Source of the DNA: Candidatus Omnitrophota bacterium
GTDB lineage: Bacteria; Omnitrophota; Gorgyraeia; Duberdicusellales; 4484-171
Assembly (NCBI GenBank): GCA_037146775.1
Contig: JBAWWL010000009.1
Coordinates: forward strand, 68,575-132,574
DNA length: 64,000 nt
Reading direction: 5' to 3'
Part shown: positions 56,261 through 64,000 of the stretch, in pieces
Layout: every line of letters begins with the position of its first letter
Numbering within the stretch: position 1 is the first letter of the stretch
The notes under the pieces: generated by a model
The model's input: the letters and a program-made list of their open reading frames with translations, nothing else
What the model was told of the DNA's origin: nothing
Database searches by the model: none
Made by a program: the position numbers and the translations under genes

Positions 56261-58342
56261 TTAAACTCGGCGGTCTACGATAGGGAGCAAAAAGCTAAAG
56301 GTTGAACCCTTGCCAAATTCTGACTCTACCCAGATTTTTCCCTTATGCGCCTGTATAATTTCCTTAGAGATTGCGAGCCCCAAGCCGGTACCCCCCGTCT
56401 TTCTATCCATAGGATTCTCCAGCTGCTCAAACTTTTGAAATAATCGGGGTATATCTTCTTCCTTAATACCGGGCCCGGTATCTTTTACCGAAACTTTAAT
56501 AGTGTTGCTTTCTTTGGCTGTAGCAACACTGATGGAACCGGAACGCGTAAACTTAATAGCGTTATCCAGAAGATTGGTCAACACCTGGGTAATCCTGTCT
56601 CGGTCAAAAACAATTTTCGCTAAATCGTCCTGGAGGCAAAGAGAAAAATCTAGTCCTTTCTCTTTGGCTACGGGAGCCATTGCCTGCGCCGTTTCTCGTA
56701 CGATCTCGTTTATATTGTTTTCGACGAACCTAAAATTTATCCTGCTTGCTTCGAACTTCTGAAAATCTAAAACATCATTAATTAATCTGGCTAGCCGGTC
56801 AACATTCCTTTGGGCAATAGTTAAGAATTCTTTCTGGCTAGGATTAAGGTTCCCGGCCGTCTCATCTAAAACTATTATTATACCTTCTTTGATGGCAGTC
56901 AACGGAGTACGTAACTCATGGGATATCGTTGACGTAAATTCAGATTTTGCTTTAAGCGCTTCTTCAGCTTTCTTTTTTTCCTCAATCAGATCCTCAAGGA
57001 TATTAAACGTTGCTTCCTGGGCTCGGATCAACTCTTTTGTCCGTTCTTGGACTTTCTGCTCTAACCCACTTGAAAATCTTTCAAGATCCTGTCTTGCGCA
57101 AATCAACTCATCTTGTTTTTCCTTAAGAAACTCGCGCATGGTTTGCAAGGCATCAGCAAACTCCTCTATTTCATCGCGCGTTCTTATGCGTATAGGATAA
57201 TCCCATTCGCCGGCCATAATCTTTTCAACAACTATGTGTAATTGTCGAATAGGCCTGGAAACAAATCCCCCCAGAAAATACCCCGCCGGGAACATCATCA
57301 TCATCAATGCGATCCCAGCTAAAACAAGATATAAAGTAAGCTTATGTAATGGCGCGAGCGCCTTAACCGTATCGTTAATTACCAACACGGTCCACGCAAT
57401 GTTGCGTTGTACCAGGAAGGGGGCCTCGATATCTGTGTCGGTCACAAACGCTTTCATCTTATGCGGCGCATCAACTGTAATTATTTCATAGGCACGCCTA
57501 CTCGCCAATATTTTTCGTATTGCTTCATCGCCGGCAAGCTTACTGCTTAATGGGGTTATGCCGCCACCGAACAGAATGCGGCCATTCTTATTCATGACGA
57601 AAATACTGCTGACATCCGTAAGTTCAAGAGCGGCTATCTGCGCAAACAGCCGATCAATAGCAAAAGCCTCTTTACATACCCCGACTATTTTGCCTGTTCC
57701 AGGCTCACGCATAGGCACTGCCAGGGGAATAACCCAAGTCTTCGAAGAAGCATCATACTCCACGTCTCCCATATAAAGTGCGCCGTTACCATTATTATAC
57801 GCCTTCTGCCACCACGCTTCGTCAGCCTGATAGAAATCGCTGGTTTTGCCCGAAGCAGCTACAAGCGCACCAAATTTATCCGTAATGAAAATTTCTGCTA
57901 TATCTTTTCTAAGCACAGTCACATCTCGCATAGAAAGGCTAACTCGATTTTCTAAATATTCCTTCATTAAAGAAGAGCCTGCCTCGGACTGGATCCATAA
58001 TTTATCCATTTCCAACAGCTGCTGTTCGATTACTTCCCTTCCTTTGTTACTATATTGCTCATTACTTTGCTTCACCACATCCACCCATAGCGGCCTAGTC
58101 GCAATTATCTCAAGAAACCTTATTTCATCCATCAGTGCCATTTCTATAGAATGAGCAAGCGAATGTGAAACATTCTTATACCCAACACCGATAGCCTCGG
58201 TAAGCAAATAAGAGCCAACCGCATAACCCAGCATAAGGCCAATAATAATGATACATAAGGTACCGAAAAAAATAAAAAAAGCAGCTTTGTACCGAATACT
58301 GTTTTTAAAGCGCTTCCAACCTTTAAAAAATATCATACTCAT
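56261..58342 (-). CDS. Membrane sensor histidine kinase (Cache-HAMP-HisKA-HATPase)
   Basis: Two TM helices, TSDFYQADEAWW, SHELRTPL, NLLDNAIKF, GGTGLGL. Confidence 0.93.
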   Translation of the reverse strand: MSMIFFKGWKRFKNSIRYKAAFFIFFGTLCIIIIGLMLGYAVGSYLLTEAIGVGYKNVSHSLAHSIEMALMDEIRFLEIIATRPLWVDVVKQSNEQYSNKGREVIEQQLLEMDKLWIQSEAGSSLMKEYLENRVSLSMRDVTVLRKDIAEIFITDKFGALVAASGKTSDFYQADEAWWQKAYNNGNGALYMGDVEYDASSKTWVIPLAVPMREPGTGKIVGVCKEAFAIDRLFAQIAALELTDVSSIFVMNKNGRILFGGGITPLSSKLAGDEAIRKILASRRAYEIITVDAPHKMKAFVTDTDIEAPFLVQRNIAWTVLVINDTVKALAPLHKLTLYLVLAGIALMMMMFPAGYFLGGFVSRPIRQLHIVVEKIMAGEWDYPIRIRTRDEIEEFADALQTMREFLKEKQDELICARQDLERFSSGLEQKVQERTKELIRAQEATFNILEDLIEEKKKAEEALKAKSEFTSTISHELRTPLTAIKEGIIIVLDETAGNLNPSQKEFLTIAQRNVDRLARLINDVLDFQKFEASRINFRFVENNINEIVRETAQAMAPVAKEKGLDFSLCLQDDLAKIVFDRDRITQVLTNLLDNAIKFTRSGSISVATAKESNTIKVSVKDTGPGIKEEDIPRLFQKFEQLENPMDRKTGGTGLGLAISKEIIQAHKGKIWVESEFGKGSTFSFLLPIVDRRV

Positions 58343-58446
58343 CTTGTTCTTAAACTGTTTCTTTTGCCTTTGTTCAAGAATAATTCCGCAGGCCAAAAGG
58401 ATATTAGGTACTTTTCATATCCGCGAATATATACACGGTAAAAAGA

Positions 58447-60255
58447 TTACCCTTTCCGTTCAAGCTCATTTTTCAGGTGCCCAATCTCTTCTTTGAGTTC
58501 TTTCATTCGTAATTCCCGATCGACAGTAACTCTCTGAAACTGCTCGAGCGCCGTCAGGCGATGAATTAGTTCTTCCTCCAACTTTTTACGCGCTTCACTT
58601 TCAAGCATTTCTGAAATAACATTAGCTACCGAAAGCGCAAAGTTTTGTTCCTCTAAAAGCCATTCCCGCCGAGGCCCTATGTGCTCAAAACACAATACAC
58701 CGGCAAGGCATTCCGCCAGACGCAACGGAACGACCATCATCGAAGTAATACCTAAGGGAATAAAATAACTGGTAACAAATTCTTTTACGCGGCCATCAAT
58801 AGATACATCGTTGGCAGCGATAACCCGCTCATCTTTCAACACCTTATGGTACAGAGGGTATCGCTCCATTATCAGCTCTAAGCCTTGCGAATAGTTCTTT
58901 TTACTGAGCTCAAATAGCGCTCGGCAAACCAACCTTGATCCATCGGTATTGAAGCGCCATATACTCACGCGCTCGACCTCAAGCGTTTTTGCTACGCTTT
59001 CCGCAACCATATTAAAAACTTCTTCCGTGTTGCCAGGCTTAAATAACGCCGGGTCAGTTAAGTCTACCAGTATTTTATTCTGCCTGGCTAATGTGTCCTT
59101 ACTTTTCTGGAGTACACTTTCCATTTTCTTTAATTTGGAAATATCTTTACCGACATGAACAATCTTAGTCAGCCCCCCTGCTTCGTCAAAAATCGGCGAT
59201 GTCGTTACCAAAAGAGGTGTTCCAATATGGGGATCATCAATCTCAGCTACGTGAGAAGCCTGATCGTGCCTTGTCTTCTCCAAGGGACAATCCAACCAAG
59301 GTTTATCAAGTTTGTGAAAAACCTCATAACATTTTCTTCCGACAACATCTTTTGCCTCTACGTGAAATATATTCAAAAATGCTTCGTTTACCTTTAAGAT
59401 AGTATGCGCTGTGTTTATGATAATAATGGTATCCGAAACAGCATTAAAAGTTTTTTCCCATTCTCCCACTGCGGCAAAAAGCTGTTTTTCAGTGTTTTTA
59501 CGTTCGGTAATGTCTTCGTATACAGCGACAATCTCTCCGCTGGGAAGTTTGTATACATAGTTTTCTCTCCATCCCACTAATCTATCGTCGTGATACAAAG
59601 AAATAGGCTGATGCACTGACTGGCCGGTTTCCCACACTTGCTTGAATATATCAAAAAGGCCAAACTCTTTGACTCCAGGAAATATCTGCAACACGCTTTT
59701 CCCCGCAACGTCATCACGCCTTATTTTATCAATACGTTCAGCGGCTCTATTGATATCTTTAAAAATGAAATCCTCGCCGTTATTCTTTGCTTCATATACC
59801 GCAACCGCATTATGCATGTCGCTAAAAAGCTCGCGGAATCTTGTCTCGCTGGAATGTAAATCCTCTTGTGATTTTTTTTGTTCGCTCACATCAACGATGG
59901 TAGTTATTACTCCCCGGATCTTGCCGCCCTCATCTACGTGCGTGGTTTTACGAAACATAACGTCATGCAAGGCACCGTCGCGAGAACGCAGGCGCACTTC
60001 ATACGTGTGCGTACCTGGCTGCGCCAACAATGCGTCATCCATGCGGCAATAGGTGTCTCTTGAATCTTCGGGCACAACGCCATAGACAGGTTGGCCGACA
60101 ATCTTGTCCCGTGACAAACCGATAAATTCTTCAAATGCTTTATTAGAGCCTTGGCAGATGCCTGAAATATCTTTATAAAAAACAGGGCTGGAAATGCTAT
60201 CAAGCAATAATTGTAGGAGTTGATACTGAAGAAAATTTTGATGATCGTCTGACAT
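58447..60255 (-). CDS. PAS-PAS-PAS-GAF protein ending in an RELRM coiled coil, no kinase domain
   Basis: Three PAS units, GAF (VERVSIW, GITSMM..P, GVLCFEH), C-terminus TVDRELRMKELKEEI. Confidence 0.85.
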   Translation of the reverse strand: MSDDHQNFLQYQLLQLLLDSISSPVFYKDISGICQGSNKAFEEFIGLSRDKIVGQPVYGVVPEDSRDTYCRMDDALLAQPGTHTYEVRLRSRDGALHDVMFRKTTHVDEGGKIRGVITTIVDVSEQKKSQEDLHSSETRFRELFSDMHNAVAVYEAKNNGEDFIFKDINRAAERIDKIRRDDVAGKSVLQIFPGVKEFGLFDIFKQVWETGQSVHQPISLYHDDRLVGWRENYVYKLPSGEIVAVYEDITERKNTEKQLFAAVGEWEKTFNAVSDTIIIINTAHTILKVNEAFLNIFHVEAKDVVGRKCYEVFHKLDKPWLDCPLEKTRHDQASHVAEIDDPHIGTPLLVTTSPIFDEAGGLTKIVHVGKDISKLKKMESVLQKSKDTLARQNKILVDLTDPALFKPGNTEEVFNMVAESVAKTLEVERVSIWRFNTDGSRLVCRALFELSKKNYSQGLELIMERYPLYHKVLKDERVIAANDVSIDGRVKEFVTSYFIPLGITSMMVVPLRLAECLAGVLCFEHIGPRREWLLEEQNFALSVANVISEMLESEARKKLEEELIHRLTALEQFQRVTVDRELRMKELKEEIGHLKNELERKG

Positions 60256-60283
60256 GAGCTTTCCTTGTTTATTCTTTCCGCGC

Positions 60284-60769
60284 TTAATGAGACGCGCGCA
60301 ACCGCTTCCTTTCCAGTTGGCCGCCAGGACCGATACACACGACCTCTTCTATTTTAACTTTAATGACGACTACCCGCTCCGGCAACTCAACCTCAAAGTT
60401 TTTGTGCTGTCTCTCGCTATGCACCCCTTCCGCGATTCTCTTTGCAGACAAATCAAGCTGCCTCTTGCTCATGTCTTGGAATATTTTTTCATATTCTGTA
60501 CCGCTAGATAAAATCTTTGCCGTACCGTTTAACTGATAACCGGTCAATGTTTCGATGCGTACCGTTGAAAGCGACACAAGCGGGTTAAGCTCTAAATTCT
60601 TCAAAGTTCTGCCAAGCACGTAATCGGCCAGATAGACGGAATCGCCTTCTATTTTAATAAGAAATTTTGGCGCAACATTCGGCCGGTTGTTAAAATCACA
60701 GGTAGCAATATTAATAAATTCTTTTGTTTCAAGAAATCTGCGTAACGTATCGCCAAGAATGGATTTCAT
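60284..60769 (-). CDS. Pyridoxamine 5'-phosphate oxidase-like FMN-binding protein
   Basis: IATCD...PNVAPK, RTLKNLELNP.VSL, GYQLNGTA. Confidence 0.85.
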   Translation of the reverse strand: MKSILGDTLRRFLETKEFINIATCDFNNRPNVAPKFLIKIEGDSVYLADYVLGRTLKNLELNPLVSLSTVRIETLTGYQLNGTAKILSSGTEYEKIFQDMSKRQLDLSAKRIAEGVHSERQHKNFEVELPERVVVIKVKIEEVVCIGPGGQLERKRLRASH

Positions 60770-60856
60770 AGTTAACAGCACTATACGGGATTCCGTTTGC
60801 ACAGGAAAAACGTATAGGGTAATTATAGCAGAAATAGAAAAGATTGAGAAACTATT

Positions 60857-61075
60857 TTATGTAGTATATTTGAGGTCAAAACGATGGTCAAGGCAAGTAT
60901 TTTGTCTACGCTCCATCTGCCTTCGTTCTTTTTCCCGGATAACTAAAGGCTGTCCGCAACGCTCACAACGGTACACAACCCGCTCTCTATGTAATTTGAC
61001 CATGCGCAGGTCTTTCACCTTTTTAAAACTATGGCCGGCTATTTTACAAATCCAGTGTTTTTTAAATCCGAACAT
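60857..61075 (-). CDS. Small zinc-ribbon protein (CxxxGH...CxRCG, DUF1660-like)
   Basis: CKIAGH, YRCERCG, ERRQMERRQ; AAGGAG RBS. Confidence 0.65.
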   Translation of the reverse strand: MFGFKKHWICKIAGHSFKKVKDLRMVKLHRERVVYRCERCGQPLVIREKERRQMERRQNTCLDHRFDLKYTT

Positions 61076-61198
61076 GACTTTCTTACACTCCTTTATTATT
61101 GTTATAAAAACGTTACGTGAAACGCCTGGTAGCGGAAGAGGTAAAATTATTTTCTGCTAATTTACGTGTATACAAAAATTATCGGTCATGAAAAATAA

Positions 61199-61226
61199 AT
61201 TATAAACGGAAGTTTTTCATTGTCAA
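61199..61226 (-). promoter_or_regulatory. Consensus sigma70 promoter
   Basis: TTGACA(61226-61221)-16 nt-TATAAT(61204-61199). Confidence 0.7.
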
Positions 61227-61268
61227 CAGCAAAATTAAATTTTTTTAAAAAATGGCGGGGCTAAACGG

Positions 61269-64000
61269 CTATTTTTTCTGTTGTTCCTTTTCTTTTTGTT
61301 TCTCGGCAACAATTTTTTCGGCAATATTGGGCGGGACCGGCTCATATTTGGAAAATTGCATTGAGAACGTAGCGCGGCCACTCGAGAGCGAACGGAAAAT
61401 CTGCGAATAACCAAACATCTCCGCAAGCGGCGTTTCCGACGTAATAAGTTTTTGGTTACTTTTTGCATCTATATTTAAAATTTTTCCTCTTTTTGAACAG
61501 AGATAGCCGACGATACTGCTTACGTATTCCTCAGGAGTTAAAACCTCTACCAGCATGTATGGCTCAATAAGAATAGGCCTGCCCTGCGGGAAGGTTTCCC
61601 GGAAACAACCCATCGCTGCCAGGCGAAAAGCAATATCGGAAGAATCAACGTCATGAAATGAGCCGTCCAATACCGTCGCTTTAAGGTCTACCGTAGGAAA
61701 ACCGGCATACACTCCCTTCTTCATGACTGCCAATAAACCTTTTTCTATCGAAGGAATAAAATTCTGTGGGATTGCTCCTCCTTTAATTTTGCTTTCAAAC
61801 ACAAATCCTCCGCCACGGGGGTTAGGCGAGAATTCAATCACCACGTGCCCGTACTGACCGTGGCCGCCGGTCTGTTTGATATGCTTATATTCGCCGGTAA
61901 CAGCCATTGAAATAGTTTCCTTGTATGCTACCTTAGGCGGGCTTACCTCGGCTTCCACTTTGAATTCATCTTTTAGCCTGTCTACAATAATTTCCAGATG
62001 CAGCTCTCCCATGCCGGAGAGAATAATCTCGTTAGTATCTTCGTCAGTATTAAACGCAAACGTCGGGTCTTCCTCTACCAGTTTCATGATAGCTTTGCTT
62101 AATTTATCCTGATCCTGCCGTGTTTTAGGCGTAATGCTTATTGAAACAACCGGGTCAGGAAATTCTATCGACTCAAGCAGTATTGGCCGATTCGGATCAC
62201 ACAACGTATCACCGGTTGTGGTGCTGGACAACCCTACCGCCGCACCGATATCGCCGGCGCAGATATAGCTTTTATTTTCTTTCTGATTAGCGTGCATCTG
62301 CAAAATTCTACTTACTCGCTCTTTTTTATTTTTTGCGCTATTTAATATATACGTACCCGGTTCAAGATACCCTGAATATACTCTAAAATAAACGAGTTTT
62401 CCTACATGCTGATCCGCTTGAATCTTAAACGCCAGCGCCGCAAACGGTTCGTTTAAAGAAGGCGTTGTTTTAATAATGACCGTAGGGTCTTGTGGATCTT
62501 TTCCCTCGGCCGGCGGTACGTCTAAGGGCGAAGGCAGATAAAAGATAACCGCGTCAAGAAGCATCTGCACACCCTTGCTTTTAAGCGCTGTTCCGCAGAG
62601 AACCGGAATAAGTTTATTGGCGATAGTACCTTTGCGGATAGCGTCTTTAAACTCCTGAATGCTGACTGAATTTTCATCCTTTAAATATTTTTCCATTAAC
62701 GCCTCGTCCATGTGCAGCGTTTTTTCCATAGTACTGTGGCGCCATTTTTTTGCCGTTTCCATATATTCCGGCGGTATATCTGTCACCGTAAATCCTGCCT
62801 CTTGATGCTCTTGATCGTACACATAAGCTTTCATTTCAATAAGATCGATGATACCCCTGAAGTCCGCTTCCGCACCCAAGGGAATCGCTACCACCGCGGT
62901 ATTCGCGGCTAATTTATCTTCTATTTCTTTTACGACTTTGAAAAAATCAGCGCCAACACGATCCATTTTATTGATAAAGGCGATTTTAGGCACATTGTAT
63001 TTATCAGACTGCCGCCATACGGTTTCTGATTGGGCTTCGACTCCGCCAACCGCACAAAATACCACAATAGCTCCGTCAAGTATCCGTAAAGAACGTTCCA
63101 CCTCCGCGGTAAAATCCACATGGCCGGGAGTATCAATCACATTGATTCGCATATCGTGCCACAAACAAGTAGTAGCTGCCGCAGTAATAGTAATGCCGCG
63201 CTCACGCTCTTGTTTCATCCAATCCATAGTTGCTTTTCCGTCGTGGACCTCTCCAACTTTGTGTATTTTTCCGGTAAAGAAAAGTAACCGTTCGGTAAGC
63301 GTAGTTTTGCCGGAATCGATATGCGCCATAACGCCGATATTTCTTACCTTGCTTAAATCAATAGACAATTCACTGGGAGCAACTCTAGTGGTCTGTTCTT
63401 GTGATGCTCCTGCCTGCGCTCCAGCTTCTTCAGCAGCTACACTGTCGGTATCTACCGGAATAGCTTCAGCCGGAGTAAGAGGCTGATCAGGGCTTTCGCC
63501 CTCTTGCGGGGAGGCCGGAGCCGGCAATACAGGTTCTTGTACAAGAGGCGGCTGCTGCACCACGGGAGGCTCTACTGTTTCCGCCAAAAGAGGCGTTTCG
63601 CTGGCTGTTTGTTCCTGAATCGGCGGCAATGCGTCCTGTGCGCCTTGTTCAGGAATCGCTTGCGCTTCTTGCGGCACGACTATGCCTTGGCCGGCGGTTT
63701 CTTTGGTCTTGTTGACTAATTGAGCATGTAGTTGCTGCTTCTCGGCTGTTGCCTTCTCCAATTCTTCTTCTTTAGCTAAAATCTGTCTTTGTTTATGCTC
63801 TACCTCTGCTTCCAGCGCTTCGTAACTTTTTTTTAATTGCTTATACTCGTCTTTCGTCACCCATTCACTCTGCTCTAGCTTACGCTTTAACTCGTTAGCG
63901 AGTTTAGTCTGCTCTTGCCACCGGGCAAGATAGTCTTTCAACTTCGCTTTCATTATCAATATTTCCTCATCCCGCGCCTGAAGATTTTGCTGTAATGACG
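61269..64000 (-). CDS. fusA: Elongation factor G homologue with long N-terminal coiled-coil and Pro/Gln-rich extension (5' end outside the window)
   Basis: [50 protein letters not shown]; frame stays open to 64000 ([19 protein letters not shown]). Confidence 0.92.
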   Translation of the reverse strand, partial: SLQQNLQARDEEILIMKAKLKDYLARWQEQTKLANELKRKLEQSEWVTKDEYKQLKKSYEALEAEVEHKQRQILAKEEELEKATAEKQQLHAQLVNKTKETAGQGIVVPQEAQAIPEQGAQDALPPIQEQTASETPLLAETVEPPVVQQPPLVQEPVLPAPASPQEGESPDQPLTPAEAIPVDTDSVAAEEAGAQAGASQEQTTRVAPSELSIDLSKVRNIGVMAHIDSGKTTLTERLLFFTGKIHKVGEVHDGKATMDWMKQERERGITITAAATTCLWHDMRINVIDTPGHVDFTAEVERSLRILDGAIVVFCAVGGVEAQSETVWRQSDKYNVPKIAFINKMDRVGADFFKVVKEIEDKLAANTAVVAIPLGAEADFRGIIDLIEMKAYVYDQEHQEAGFTVTDIPPEYMETAKKWRHSTMEKTLHMDEALMEKYLKDENSVSIQEFKDAIRKGTIANKLIPVLCGTALKSKGVQMLLDAVIFYLPSPLDVPPAEGKDPQDPTVIIKTTPSLNEPFAALAFKIQADQHVGKLVYFRVYSGYLEPGTYILNSAKNKKERVSRILQMHANQKENKSYICAGDIGAAVGLSSTTTGDTLCDPNRPILLESIEFPDPVVSISITPKTRQDQDKLSKAIMKLVEEDPTFAFNTDEDTNEIILSGMGELHLEIIVDRLKDEFKVEAEVSPPKVAYKETISMAVTGEYKHIKQTGGHGQYGHVVIEFSPNPRGGGFVFESKIKGGAIPQNFIPSIEKGLLAVMKKGVYAGFPTVDLKATVLDGSFHDVDSSDIAFRLAAMGCFRETFPQGRPILIEPYMLVEVLTPEEYVSSIVGYLCSKRGKILNIDAKSNQKLITSETPLAEMFGYSQIFRSLSSGRATFSMQFSKYEPVPPNIAEKIVAEKQKEKEQQKK

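Overview
A 64-kb, moderately AT-rich bacterial chromosomal window. Almost all genes are on the minus strand, and TGA/TAA/TAG are all used as stops (standard code). Gene content (alginate-export-type beta-barrel, GH161-like phosphorylase, fused PilM-PilN, many PAS/REC proteins) suggests an uncultured diderm, most plausibly Candidatus Omnitrophota; this is an inference. From left to right it holds: a Wsp/Frz-like chemosensory cluster (cheA partial, MCP, two cheW, CheR-TPR); a small accessory region downstream of tRNA-Ser(GGA) and tRNA-Arg(TCG); housekeeping and envelope genes; a candidate biosynthetic cluster (LysW-like zinc-ribbon acidic protein, exported protein, KamA-type radical-SAM aminomutase, two Ddl-like ATP-grasp ligases, exported PIG-L deacetylase); a MarR-TolC-MFP-RND-PII-like efflux operon interrupted by an IS200-type Y1 transposase; a carotenoid/quinone cluster coupled to a pyrimidine-dimer glycosylase; a type IV pilus cluster without secretin or PilT; a PAS/GAF/REC signalling array; and an EF-G homologue fused to a long N-terminal coiled-coil and Pro/Gln-rich extension that runs off the window. 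Intergenic DNA is full of nested, inverted, degenerate 7-12-mer arrays and GC-rich REP-like hairpins. These flank small four-helix-bundle, GxxExxY and Y1 genes, and some lie in frame inside the RND and MFP coding sequences. All product calls come from motif recognition by eye; no database searches were run.
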